From contig JAZUDS010000055.1 of assembly GCA_045639805.1 (NCBI GenBank), positions 1,350 to 65,349 on the forward strand: DNA of 64,000 nucleotides, read 5' to 3'. This DNA is from Alloprevotella sp. Lineage in GTDB: Bacteria > Bacteroidota > Bacteroidia > Bacteroidales > Bacteroidaceae. The stretch's first letter is position 1. The number at the start of each line of letters is the position of its first letter. Below the pieces are notes generated by a model. It saw only the letters and a program-made list of their open reading frames with translations, was not told the origin of the DNA and searched no databases. Shown here one piece after another: positions 41,750 to 51,271 of this stretch. Both the position numbers and the translations under genes were made by a program.

Positions 41750-42538
41750 TTACTCGCCGGCGAAGAACTTGTTGAGGTGTCGCTCCAAATCTTCAGGTGT
41801 GAGGCGCAGGTCGAAAGCGCCTTGGCGTGCCACGCTGATGGCACCCGTTTCTTCGCTGACGATTACGGCGAGACAGTCGGCCTTCTGGGTGATGCCGAGA
41901 GCTGCGCGATGGCGCAGACCGAGGTTCTTGGGGATGTCGGCATCGTGGGAGACGGGAAGAATGCAGCCGGCAGACTTGAGGCGTTTGCCGGAGACGATGA
42001 GGGCACCGTCGTGGAGGGGCGAATTTTTGAAAAAGATGTTCTCAATGAGGCGCTGCCCGATTTGTGCGTCGATGGTCTCGCCCGAGGCCATCTCTTCGGA
42101 AAGGCGAACGCGGCCCTCGAAGACGATGAGGGCGCCCACCTTCTGGCGGCCCATGTTGACGCACGCCATGACGACGGCCATGATTTCATCGTGCATCGTC
42201 TCGGTTTCCGGCATGGTGCCGCGGCCTAAAAGACGCTGGAAGAAATTGCGCAGCCGGCCGGCATGGGGCTGCGAACCGATGGTGCTGAAGAAGTGGCGCA
42301 AATCGTCCTGGAAAAGGACAACGAGGGCCAGGGCACCGACGTTGACAGCACGGTCGAGGATGCCGCCGAGTAGGCGCATCTCGAAGATGTAGCTGACGAG
42401 AATCCACACCACGATGAAGACGATGAGGCCGTTGAAGAGGTTGGCGGAACGCGACCGGCGCATCAGGGTGTAGATGTAGTACAGCAACGTGCCTACAAGG
42501 AGAATGTCGATGATATCTTTTATGCCGAGATGAATCAT
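41750..42538 (-). CDS. cdaA: Diadenylate cyclase CdaA
   Basis: Three TM helices, LFQDDLR, GALIV, SPLHDGA, GLRHRAA, VSEETG. Confidence 0.93.
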   Translation of the reverse strand: MIHLGIKDIIDILLVGTLLYYIYTLMRRSRSANLFNGLIVFIVVWILVSYIFEMRLLGGILDRAVNVGALALVVLFQDDLRHFFSTIGSQPHAGRLRNFFQRLLGRGTMPETETMHDEIMAVVMACVNMGRQKVGALIVFEGRVRLSEEMASGETIDAQIGQRLIENIFFKNSPLHDGALIVSGKRLKSAGCILPVSHDADIPKNLGLRHRAALGITQKADCLAVIVSEETGAISVARQGAFDLRLTPEDLERHLNKFFAGE

Positions 42539-42643
42539 GGTAAAGTAAAGTGAAAAATTAAAAGAGGAAAGTTGGGAAACTTGCCTTTATGGCTTGGGGG
42601 ACTGCTTTCTTTGAATAGTAGAGAGGCGCTTGTCGTAACGTTG

Positions 42644-43498
42644 TTATCGTTCGGGGGAGAGTTGTTGGGATAGAGTGATGACGTCGGCCGCAGCTTTTAC
42701 GTCGTGTACGCGGAGAATGTTGGCACCGTGGAGAAGGGCCTGGAGGTGGAGGGCCGATGTGGCGGGGAGCACGGTGTCGGGCGTGGCGTTGAGGGGATTG
42801 TAAATCATGCTCTTGCGACTGATGCCTACGAGGAGGGGGCAGGCCAGTTCATGCAACTGGTCGAGATGGCGGAGCAGGACGTAATTGTCGGCGAGGGACT
42901 TGCCGAAGCCGAAACCGGGGTCGATGATTATGTCGCAGAGCCCCATCTCGCGCAGGTGCTGCACCTGGCGGCTGAGGGCGAGGAGCACGTCGTGCGTGAC
43001 GTGGTTGTAATGCGGCGTTTCCTGCCAGTGCGTGAGAACGTAGGGCACGTGGAGGCGGGCAAGGGTGGGGAACATCTGGCGGTCGAGCTGACCGCCACTG
43101 ATGTCGTTGATGATATGTGCGCCGCCTTCCTCAACGGCGAAACGCGCCACGTCGGCGCGGAAAGTGTCCACGCTGAGGGGTAGGGCGGGAGCCTCCTCGC
43201 GGCATACGGCGAGGGCGAGGCGGAGGCGCCGCATCTCCTCTTCGGCCGAGGGCGGAGTGGAACCCGGACGGGTGGAGCACGCCCCTACGTCCAGGATGTC
43301 GACTCCTTCGCTTACCATCTGCTGCACGCGGAGGTGGAGAGCCTGGCGGAATGCCTCTTCGTCGGCATCGGGGGAGAGGGTGCGGGAGGCCGCGTAGAAG
43401 GAGTCGGGCGTGGCATTGAGAATGCCCATCACTTTGGGGCGGTCGAGGGGGAAAAGTCGGCCGCCGAGCTTCAAAGTGGGGAAAAATTGCTGTTTCAC
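42644..43498 (-). CDS. folP: Dihydropteroate synthase
   Basis: MGILNATPDSF, STRPG, SVDTF, INDISG, DPGFGFGK, GISRKS, LRVHDV. Confidence 0.95.
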   Translation of the reverse strand: MKQQFFPTLKLGGRLFPLDRPKVMGILNATPDSFYAASRTLSPDADEEAFRQALHLRVQQMVSEGVDILDVGACSTRPGSTPPSAEEEMRRLRLALAVCREEAPALPLSVDTFRADVARFAVEEGGAHIINDISGGQLDRQMFPTLARLHVPYVLTHWQETPHYNHVTHDVLLALSRQVQHLREMGLCDIIIDPGFGFGKSLADNYVLLRHLDQLHELACPLLVGISRKSMIYNPLNATPDTVLPATSALHLQALLHGANILRVHDVKAAADVITLSQQLSPER

Positions 43499-43595
43499 GC
43501 TGCAAATTTACAAAAAAGCAGCGAGACAAAGCGCTTGTATGCGAGGAATTTTGTAAATTTGCATGCGGAATATAAACTCTAAACAATTATAACCC

Positions 43596-44786
43596 ATGAA
43601 AATTCTTGTAGTGAACTGCGGAAGCAGCAGCATTAAGTACAAACTTTATGAAATGGACGACCAGAGCGTGCTGGCCGCCGGCGGTATTGAAAAAGTAGGC
43701 CTCGAGGGTGCATTCCTCAAGACCACCATCAAGGGCGAAAAGAAGATAATCTACTTCGATTGCCCCACTCATACCGAAGGTATTAAGATGATGTTCGACA
43801 CATTGACGCATCCCGAATACGGCGCCGTGAAGAACATCAACGAGATAAGCGCAGCAGGCCACCGCATCGTGGCCGGCGGCACGTTCACCGAGAGCAAACT
43901 CGTCACCCCCGACATGCTGGAGGAATGGAAAGGCTTTATGGACCTCGCCCCGCTCCACAACCCCGCACACCTCAAGGGCTACGAGGCCGTGAAGGCCCTG
44001 CTGCCCGAACTTCCCCAGGTGTTCGTGTTCGACACCAGCTTCCACCAGACCATGCCTGCCAAAGCGTATATGTACGCCGTGCCTTATAAGTATTATGAGG
44101 AGAACCGCATCCGCCGCTGGGGCGCCCACGGCACGAGCCACCGCTTTGTGACAGCCCGCGTCAGCGAACTGCTCGGCGTGAGCCTTGAGGACCAGAAGAT
44201 AGTGTCCTGCCACATCGGCAACGGTGCCAGCGTGAGCGCCGTGGATCACGGCAAGTGCGTAGATACCAGCATGGGCCTCACTCCCCTGGAGGGCCTGATG
44301 ATGGGCAGCCGCTCCGGCGACGTCGATCCCAGCGCCGTGATAGCCATAATGAAGGCCGAAGGTTTCACGCCCGACGAGATGGCCAACGTGCTCAATAAGA
44401 AGAGCGGCGTGCTGGGCATCAGTGGCGTGAGCAGCGACATGCGCGAAGTGGAAGCTGCCGTAGAGGAAGGCAACGAGCGCGCCCGCCTCGCTCTGGATAT
44501 GTACAGCTACCGCATCCGTAAATACATTGGCGCCTACGCCGCTGCCATGGGAGGCGTTGATACCATCATCTTCACTGCCGGTGTGGGCGAACACCAGTGG
44601 GATGTGCGCCAGGCAGCCGTAAGCGGCCTGGAGTTTATCGGCGTGAGACTCGACGAAGCCAAAAACCGTGCCAACAACGGCGAAGAGGAAATCATCTCCA
44701 CGCCCGACAGCCGCGTGAAAGTGGTGGTTGTGCCCACCGACGAGGAGCTCCTCATTGCCTCCGACACGCTCGCCCTTGTGAAATAA
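43596..44786 (+). CDS. ackA: Acetate kinase
   Basis: VNCGSSSIKY, GHRIV, APLHNP, FDTSFH, HGTSH, HIGNGAS, PTDEEL. Confidence 0.97.
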   Translation: MKILVVNCGSSSIKYKLYEMDDQSVLAAGGIEKVGLEGAFLKTTIKGEKKIIYFDCPTHTEGIKMMFDTLTHPEYGAVKNINEISAAGHRIVAGGTFTESKLVTPDMLEEWKGFMDLAPLHNPAHLKGYEAVKALLPELPQVFVFDTSFHQTMPAKAYMYAVPYKYYEENRIRRWGAHGTSHRFVTARVSELLGVSLEDQKIVSCHIGNGASVSAVDHGKCVDTSMGLTPLEGLMMGSRSGDVDPSAVIAIMKAEGFTPDEMANVLNKKSGVLGISGVSSDMREVEAAVEEGNERARLALDMYSYRIRKYIGAYAAAMGGVDTIIFTAGVGEHQWDVRQAAVSGLEFIGVRLDEAKNRANNGEEEIISTPDSRVKVVVVPTDEELLIASDTLALVK

Positions 44787-44828
44787 ATTCCAAGAGTTAA
44801 AGACATACCTGACCCATATCCCCTCCCG

Positions 44829-47495
44829 ATGAAAAGACTACTTGCCTTGCTCCTGTTGGCGGTGTTTATGCTGCCCGCTGGCGCCGTGCTGAAAGAAAAA
44901 GACCTGGCGCGCACGCTCGGTGTGCTCAACGCCGAGCTTGAGAAGAGTTATAAGCAGCAGAAAGCCAGCATGGCCCGCATGGAAGGCATGGCTTCGGCGC
45001 AACACGAGAAACTCGTGGATTATATGCAGCGCTCCGAACAGATAGCCCTGATGCTTTATTCGCAGAATCAGGACTTCACCTTCGACGTGTCGTATGCTTG
45101 CCAACAGGCCACTGACCTCTACCGTGAATTGGCGGCAAACAATGTGCCTTATGAGCGCATAGCGGCTCGCATAAAGAGCGAGGTGGAGCGCTATGACGGA
45201 CTGGTGAACGCCCTTTCCGAGTTGCCACCGGCAGTAGGCGTGGCTGCCAATACGCAGTCCGACAGCCTGCTGACCGTAATGGCCGACAGCATTGCGGCCG
45301 ACAGCGTGGCAGGTGAGAGCAGTTCCACCTATTTGCTCTCCGAACAGCAGCAGGCCGACCGCGACCGCTGCCTGGTCTATGCCAAGGCCCTGCGCGAGAA
45401 TATGAAGCGCATACTCATGTCCATCAATGCCGATAAGGAATACTACGACGTTGTGAACGAGCGCGTAAAGAAGCTTAACGAGTATGCCCAAACGCGCTAT
45501 CGCAGCGTGCAAGACAATATTTTCCGTAACGGAGGCGATAACTATTTGGCCGTGCTGCTCAAGTTGCCGTCTCTCTTGCAGCGTGTGAAAAGCGAGACGG
45601 CCGACAAGTATGGCCGCCTCAATAATCACGGCGCGACATACTCCCAATGGAGAGGCCCCGTGATAATGTTCATCTGCTGCATTATCGTTGTATATATAAT
45701 AATAGGAATAGCGCTGGCCAACTTGCTTGTGCTAATCATCCGTTTCTTCCTGAAACGTCGCGGAAAGGATAGGAAAGATGCGTTTGGCGGAATATTCGCC
45801 GGCAATAAGAAGCGCGTGCTGCTCATCACACTGTCCATGCTTATCTTCGCAATAAGCGTGATGGTAATACACAATGTGGTGCACAGCAACTTCGTGCTGA
45901 TGGCCACGTCGCTAATGGCCAATATCGCCTGGCTCGCCCTCGTGATATACGTCAGCCTCCTCATTCGCGTGAAGGAGAAGAATATCACCCTCGTGGAGAA
46001 ACTCTATGCGCCCTTCATCTGCATGGCATTTATCGTCATCTTCTTCCGCATCGTGCTCATCCCCAACAACCTTGTAAATATCATTTACCCGCCCATACTG
46101 CTGCTCTTTACCTATTGGCAGTGGCGCATGATAAAGGCCGCCAACCGCCCCGTCACAGAAGTCATAACGGAGTCTATGGTCGTGGAGACTGCAATAGAAG
46201 CCGATGCTGACGTGCCTGCCGAGGTGCCCTCCGTGGAACAGCCCAAGCAGAAGCTCTCCTCGGCAGACTTCATCTACAGTTTTATCTCTTTGGGCGCAAT
46301 GGTCGTGGCCTCGTGCGTTTCACTCTATGGCTACACGTTGCTGGCGGTGGAGATTATGTTGTGGTGGGTCTTCCAGCTCGCAGCCATACAGACCATCACT
46401 TGCATCTATGACCTTTTGTCACGCTACGAAGGAAAGCACTTGATGGATAAGATATGCAAGGATGTCAACACCGATGTCCTTGCAGTGAACGATGAGGCCA
46501 TTCGCGAGAAGATGCGTCAGGGACAGTTCATCCACCTCACCTGGTTCTACGACCTCATCAATCGCGCCATCGTGCCCATTTGCGCCGTAGCCTCAGTGCT
46601 GCTCAGTATATATTGGGCGGCCGATGTGTTTGATATGACGGCCGTGTGCATCAAGTCCTTCCGCTATAATTTCATTGATGAAGAGGGTCTCATTCAGGTG
46701 TCGCTCCAAAAACTCTGCATAGCCGCAGCCTGCTTCTTTGTGTTCCGCTATATCAATTACTTGCTGCGCAGTATGTACCAGTACTACAAACTCCACCACA
46801 GCAAGGACGACAACCATAACTTCACCCTCGCCAGCAACGTCATCGGCATACTTGTGTGGGGCACGTACTTCATTTATCTGCTCGTCCTGCTGCGCGTACC
46901 GAAGAGCGGCATCAGCATTGTAACGGCCGGCCTCGCCACAGGTATGGGCTTCGCCATGAAGGACCTTTTGGAAAACTTCTTCTACGGCATTTCCCTTATG
47001 GCAGGCCGTGTTCGTGTTGGAGATTACATTGAATGCGACGGCATCACCGGACAGGTGGATACCATCACCTATCAGTCCACACAGATAATCACGGTCGATG
47101 GCTCCGTCATCGCCTTCCTCAACAGCGCCCTCTTCAACAAGAACTTCAAGAACCTGACGCGCGGCAACCTCTACATTATGCTCAAGGTTCCCGTCGGTGT
47201 GGCCTATGGCAGCAATGTGCAGGAGGTAAGGAATATGTTGGTAGAAGCCGTTACGACACAGGATTATAGGACGCCCGAAGGTCTGCCCGTGATGAACCCC
47301 GACAAGGCCGTGAGCGTGGCTTTTGATGGTTTCGGTGATAATTCCGTTGACCTCAACGTCATCGTCTGGGTACTCGTTCAGGAAAAAGCCGTAATCAAAG
47401 CCCGCATACAGGAAACAATCTACGACACGCTCAATGCCAACAAGATTGAGATCCCCTTCCCCCAGCGTGACGTGCATATCATTCCCAACGATTAA
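44829..47495 (+). CDS. Large MscS-family mechanosensitive channel
   Basis: Signal peptide, helical periplasmic region, TM block, GMGFAMKDLLENFFYG, RVGDYIE, IEIPFPQRDVHI. Confidence 0.9.
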   Translation: MKRLLALLLLAVFMLPAGAVLKEKDLARTLGVLNAELEKSYKQQKASMARMEGMASAQHEKLVDYMQRSEQIALMLYSQNQDFTFDVSYACQQATDLYRELAANNVPYERIAARIKSEVERYDGLVNALSELPPAVGVAANTQSDSLLTVMADSIAADSVAGESSSTYLLSEQQQADRDRCLVYAKALRENMKRILMSINADKEYYDVVNERVKKLNEYAQTRYRSVQDNIFRNGGDNYLAVLLKLPSLLQRVKSETADKYGRLNNHGATYSQWRGPVIMFICCIIVVYIIIGIALANLLVLIIRFFLKRRGKDRKDAFGGIFAGNKKRVLLITLSMLIFAISVMVIHNVVHSNFVLMATSLMANIAWLALVIYVSLLIRVKEKNITLVEKLYAPFICMAFIVIFFRIVLIPNNLVNIIYPPILLLFTYWQWRMIKAANRPVTEVITESMVVETAIEADADVPAEVPSVEQPKQKLSSADFIYSFISLGAMVVASCVSLYGYTLLAVEIMLWWVFQLAAIQTITCIYDLLSRYEGKHLMDKICKDVNTDVLAVNDEAIREKMRQGQFIHLTWFYDLINRAIVPICAVASVLLSIYWAADVFDMTAVCIKSFRYNFIDEEGLIQVSLQKLCIAAACFFVFRYINYLLRSMYQYYKLHHSKDDNHNFTLASNVIGILVWGTYFIYLLVLLRVPKSGISIVTAGLATGMGFAMKDLLENFFYGISLMAGRVRVGDYIECDGITGQVDTITYQSTQIITVDGSVIAFLNSALFNKNFKNLTRGNLYIMLKVPVGVAYGSNVQEVRNMLVEAVTTQDYRTPEGLPVMNPDKAVSVAFDGFGDNSVDLNVIVWVLVQEKAVIKARIQETIYDTLNANKIEIPFPQRDVHIIPND

Positions 47496-47643
47496 CCCTC
47501 CGAGTAACACCTGCGATGCACAATGTGCAGAGTAAAACTTATAAAATCAAACGCTAAGCATCAAAAACAGCGCCTAAAAGCTCTGTAATTCAAAAATTTT
47601 TATTAACTTCGCAGCGCAAACCCATAAAAAACATCCACACATA

Positions 47644-48210
47644 ATGATTAAATCACAAGACATCAAGAAGGGAACCTGCATCCGCATGGACGGCAAGCTC
47701 TGGTTCTGCATCGACTTCCTCCACGTAAAGCCCGGTAAGGGTAACACCATTATGCGCACCACCCTGAAGGACGTGGTCAGCGGCAACGTGCTTGAAAAGC
47801 GCTTCAACATCGGTGAGGCTCTTGAGGACGTACGTGTAGAGCGTCGCCCCTTCCAGTTCAGCTATGCCGAAGGCAACGACCTCCACTTCCTCAATCAGGA
47901 GACCTGGGACGACGTCATCATTCCCCGCGACATGATTACCGGCGTGGACTATATGAAGGAGAGCGACATCATCGAGGTTGTCAGCGATGCCGACACCGAC
48001 ACCATCCTCTACGGTGAGATGCCAGTGAAGACTCACCTCCGCATCGTTTACACCGAGCCGGGCCTCAAGGGCGATACCGCTACCAACACCCTCAAGCCCG
48101 CCAAGCTCGAGACTGGCGTGGAAGTACGTGTGCCTCTCTTCATCAACGAAGGCGAACTCATCGAAGTGGACACCCGCGACGGTTCCTACCTTAACCGCGT
48201 GAAGGAATAA
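47644..48210 (+). CDS. efp: Elongation factor P
   Basis: HVKPGKG, TEPGLKGDTA, KPAKLETG, VPLFI, VDTRDGSY. Confidence 0.97.
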   Translation: MIKSQDIKKGTCIRMDGKLWFCIDFLHVKPGKGNTIMRTTLKDVVSGNVLEKRFNIGEALEDVRVERRPFQFSYAEGNDLHFLNQETWDDVIIPRDMITGVDYMKESDIIEVVSDADTDTILYGEMPVKTHLRIVYTEPGLKGDTATNTLKPAKLETGVEVRVPLFINEGELIEVDTRDGSYLNRVKE

Positions 48211-48317
48211 ACCAAGACAAGCGAGCCAATGAGAAAATCAGCAAATTAGTGAAAGCACCCGAACACGACCTAATTTGCTGATTTTTGTTTTACTATTAAC
48301 TTTCCAATCTCATAATC

Positions 48318-49253
48318 GTGAACGACAATTTTCTCATCTTCTCCGGCAGGGCCTCCCGTTATCTCGCCGAGAAAATCTGCCAGGAGCTCGGTTGCCCCAT
48401 TGGCAACCTCTGTCTCACCCAGTTCGCCGATGGCGAGTTTGAAGTAGCCTACGAAGAAAGCATCCGCGGAAAGGACGTATTCCTCGTGCAGAGCACCTTC
48501 CCCAATGCCGACAATCTCATGGAGCTTCTCCTGATGATTGACGCCGCCCGTCGTGCCTCGGCCCACAGCATCGTGGCCGTCATTCCCTATTTCGGCTGGG
48601 CCCGTCAGGACCGCAAGTCAAAGCCCCGCGTAAGCATCGCCGCCAAACTCGTGGCCAACATGCTCTCCGTCGCCGGCATTGACCGCGTCATGACCATGGA
48701 CCTCCACGCCGACCAGGAACAGGGCTTCTTCGAGGTGCCCGTTGACCACCTCTTCGCCAGCAGCGTAGTGGCCCCCTACATCAAGAGCCTCAACCTCGAG
48801 AACCTCTGCATCGCCTCCCCCGACGTCGGCGGCTCCAAGCGTGCCTCCGCCTATGCCAAGTTCTTCGACTGCCCCATGGTGATGTGCAACAAGACGCGCC
48901 TCCGTGCCAACGAAGTCGCCCGCATGGACGTCATTGGTGACGTCAGGGATATGGACGTCGTGCTCCTCGACGATATCGTCGATACCGCCGGCACCATCAC
49001 CAAGGCTGCCGACCTCATTATGGCCCAAGGTGCCCGCAGCGTGCGTGCCATCGCCTCCCACTGCATCATGAGCGGCCCCGCCGACCAGCGCGTACAGGAC
49101 TGCGCCCTCACCGAGATGGTCTTCACCGACAGCATCCCCTACCGCGGCACCTGCTCCAAGGTAAAGCAGCTCAGCGTGGCCCCCGTCTTCGCCGAGTGCA
49201 TCCGTCGCGAAATCAGCCAGAGCAGCCTCTCCGGCCTCTTCGTTATCAAATAG
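48318..49253 (+). CDS. prs: Ribose-phosphate pyrophosphokinase
   Basis: FADGE, PYFGWARQDRK, DLHADQ, SPDVGG, DDIVDTAGT. Confidence 0.97.
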   Translation: MNDNFLIFSGRASRYLAEKICQELGCPIGNLCLTQFADGEFEVAYEESIRGKDVFLVQSTFPNADNLMELLLMIDAARRASAHSIVAVIPYFGWARQDRKSKPRVSIAAKLVANMLSVAGIDRVMTMDLHADQEQGFFEVPVDHLFASSVVAPYIKSLNLENLCIASPDVGGSKRASAYAKFFDCPMVMCNKTRLRANEVARMDVIGDVRDMDVVLLDDIVDTAGTITKAADLIMAQGARSVRAIASHCIMSGPADQRVQDCALTEMVFTDSIPYRGTCSKVKQLSVAPVFAECIRREISQSSLSGLFVIK

Positions 49254-49280
49254 CCCAATATCTACACATCGCATATTATC

Positions 49281-49321
49281 CCGCCCCCGAAGGTGTCCGC
49301 ACTTTCGGGGGCGGAGTTTTT
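49281..49321 (+). terminator. Intrinsic terminator after prs
   Basis: CCGCCCCCGAA/TTCGGGGGCGG stem followed by a T run. Confidence 0.8.
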
Positions 49322-49385
49322 GGTGCCAGTCTTTCTGGAGTTCTATATTCTTCTGTGCCCCCGCCACTCCTTTATATATAATTAT

Positions 49386-49694
49386 TTATTAGTGTCCGCT
49401 AAAAAGTTTAGCCTGTACCCCGAAGGGGTTATACAACCCAGCCAGGGGCAGCGCCCCTGGTCGCAAGTGCGACCACCGTGCACGCCCCAGCGGGGCATAA
49501 CAGCAAGGTTCTGTGGTTGTAGTGCCCCGCTGGGGCGGAGATGGTACTGCTCCAATCACCAGGGGCGCTGCCCCTGGCTGGGTTGTAACGCCCCTTCGGG
49601 GCTTGCGTAAGCCCCCTCGCATAGAAATCTTCCAAATCTCCAGCATTTATAAGGAATACGCAAGATTACATTCTTTTTTAGCGGACACTAATAA
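49386..49694. mobile_element. MITE-like element with 20-bp perfect terminal inverted repeats enclosing a REP-like nested palindrome
   Basis: TTATTAGTGTCCGCTAAAAA at 49386-49405 and its reverse complement at 49675-49694; internal 44-bp inverted repeat at 49418-49461 / 49558-49601. Confidence 0.7.
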
Positions 49695-49717
49695 TATATA
49701 ATACGCACGCGCGTAGT

Positions 49718-49755
49718 CATTTTCTCCTACACCTCTTACACCTCCTACACCCGCT
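49718..49755 (+). repeat. 38-bp direct repeat, left copy flanking the AAA gene
   Basis: CATTTTCTCCTACACCTCTTACACCTCCTACACCCGCT; two mismatches to 51169-51206. Confidence 0.85.
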
Positions 49756-49785
49756 GCGTTCCAAAATCCTCCTTTTTTTTCCCGA

Positions 49786-49873
49786 TTTTATTCAAAAAAT
49801 ACGCTGTATTGAATAAAAAACCTACTTTTTTGTTCAGTACAGACGTTTTATTGAATAAAAAAGCCTATCTTTG
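49786..49873 (+). promoter_or_regulatory. Two operator-like inverted repeats plus a -7 box
   Basis: TTTTATTCAA-N13-TTGAATAAAA (49786-49818), TTTTGTTCAG-N13-TTGAATAAAA (49828-49860), TATCTTTG (49866-49873). Confidence 0.65.
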
Positions 49874-49900
49874 CAGCCGAAACATCAAAACATCGGACAA

Positions 49901-51145
49901 ATGAGAACGACAATCCAAAATCAACGACAGGAACGCGACCGTCTTCTCTCGCAGCCCTATCTCGCACGCCATACAAAGTATGACTTCGACGCCCTCCTTG
50001 CCAATCACAATGTGAAGCTCATCACAGGCCCTCGCCGTGTGGGGAAATCCACACAGGCTCTATTGATGCTGAAGGGGCGTAACTTTGCCTATCTCAATTT
50101 CGATGACAACAAGCTCCTTGAACAGTGGGACGAAGACTTGGCGATGAGCATCCTTGACGAGGTTTATCCCGGTTACGAGTTTCTTCTTCTAGACGAAGTC
50201 CAGAACATAAAGGGGTGGGATGTTTGGGTGAGCAAACTCTATCGCCGTGGTGTGAACATGGTTATCACGGGCAGCAATGCCAATATGCTTTCGGGCGAGA
50301 TGGCCACGTTGCTCACGGGGCGCTATCTGGAGGTGAACATGTTGCCTTTTAGCCTTGAGGAAACAATGGCGTGGAACGGACTCCCCCTGAAGGCTTCCGC
50401 TGAGGAGCAGACACCACAATTCCGTGCCGTCGCGCAGGAATACCTGCATCAAGGAGGCTATCCCGAATCCGTGGCCGCGCGTGCCCTCACGCAAAACTAT
50501 CTCTCCACGCTCTTCGATAGCATTGTCTATAAGGACATCGTCAGGCGTCACAAGGTGCGCAATGTGAAGGACCTCAACAATGTAGCCTCCTTCCTCCTCT
50601 CCAACTTCTGCAATCCTATGAGCTACAACGACGTCTCGCGCGACTTGGGACTGGCAAGCATAGCCACCACGAAGAAGTTCATGGACTACCTCCACGAGCC
50701 GTTCCTTTTCTATTATCTTCCGCGCTACAACAACAAACTGAAACTCATGAAGAATGCCCCCCAAAAAGTCTATGTCGTAGATAACGGTTTCGTCACCTCC
50801 CATGCCTTCAATCTCAGCGAGAACCTCGGGTGTCTGTTGGAGAATCAGGTTTTCGTGGAGTTGCTGCGCCGAGGTTACGACACGGAGAACTCGCTCTTCT
50901 ACTATCGTTCGCGCAACGACAAGGAAGTGGATTTTGTCCTTCGTCAAGGCACCCGCGTGGAGCGTCTCATTCAGGTCTGCTACGACCTGTCGAATGAAAA
51001 AACGCAAAAGCGCGAAGTTTCCGGTCTAGTGGAGTGTGCGGAGGAGTTGCATTGTGCCGACCTGACCATAGTGACATTCTCCGAGGAGCGCACCCTTGAA
51101 GTTGGAGGCTATACCATAAAAGTCCTACCCGTCTCGATGCTTTGA
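49901..51145 (+). CDS. AAA_14 ATPase with DUF4143 / PD-(D/E)xK-like C-terminus
   Basis: GPRRVGKS, LLDEVQ, ITGSN, LTGR, GGYPE, KVYVVDNGF, LENQVF, EVDFV...IQV; start taken at MRTTIQ after the promoter. Confidence 0.9.
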   Translation: MRTTIQNQRQERDRLLSQPYLARHTKYDFDALLANHNVKLITGPRRVGKSTQALLMLKGRNFAYLNFDDNKLLEQWDEDLAMSILDEVYPGYEFLLLDEVQNIKGWDVWVSKLYRRGVNMVITGSNANMLSGEMATLLTGRYLEVNMLPFSLEETMAWNGLPLKASAEEQTPQFRAVAQEYLHQGGYPESVAARALTQNYLSTLFDSIVYKDIVRRHKVRNVKDLNNVASFLLSNFCNPMSYNDVSRDLGLASIATTKKFMDYLHEPFLFYYLPRYNNKLKLMKNAPQKVYVVDNGFVTSHAFNLSENLGCLLENQVFVELLRRGYDTENSLFYYRSRNDKEVDFVLRQGTRVERLIQVCYDLSNEKTQKREVSGLVECAEELHCADLTIVTFSEERTLEVGGYTIKVLPVSML

Positions 51146-51168
51146 GTGTTTGAGTCCCTCGAGTATGA

Positions 51169-51206
51169 CATTTACTCCTACACTTCTTACACCTCCTACA
51201 CCCGCT
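51169..51206 (+). repeat. 38-bp direct repeat, right copy
   Basis: CATTTACTCCTACACTTCTTACACCTCCTACACCCGCT. Confidence 0.85.
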
Positions 51207-51218
51207 ACTTAACAATAC

Positions 51219-51246
51219 GCGCCGCCAAGGATTCCCTCGGCGGCGC
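51219..51246. terminator. GC-rich hairpin between convergent genes
   Basis: GCGCCGCC/GGCGGCGC stem; weak U tails. Confidence 0.5.
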
Positions 51247-51271
51247 GGCTGTATATATAATGTGATATTTT

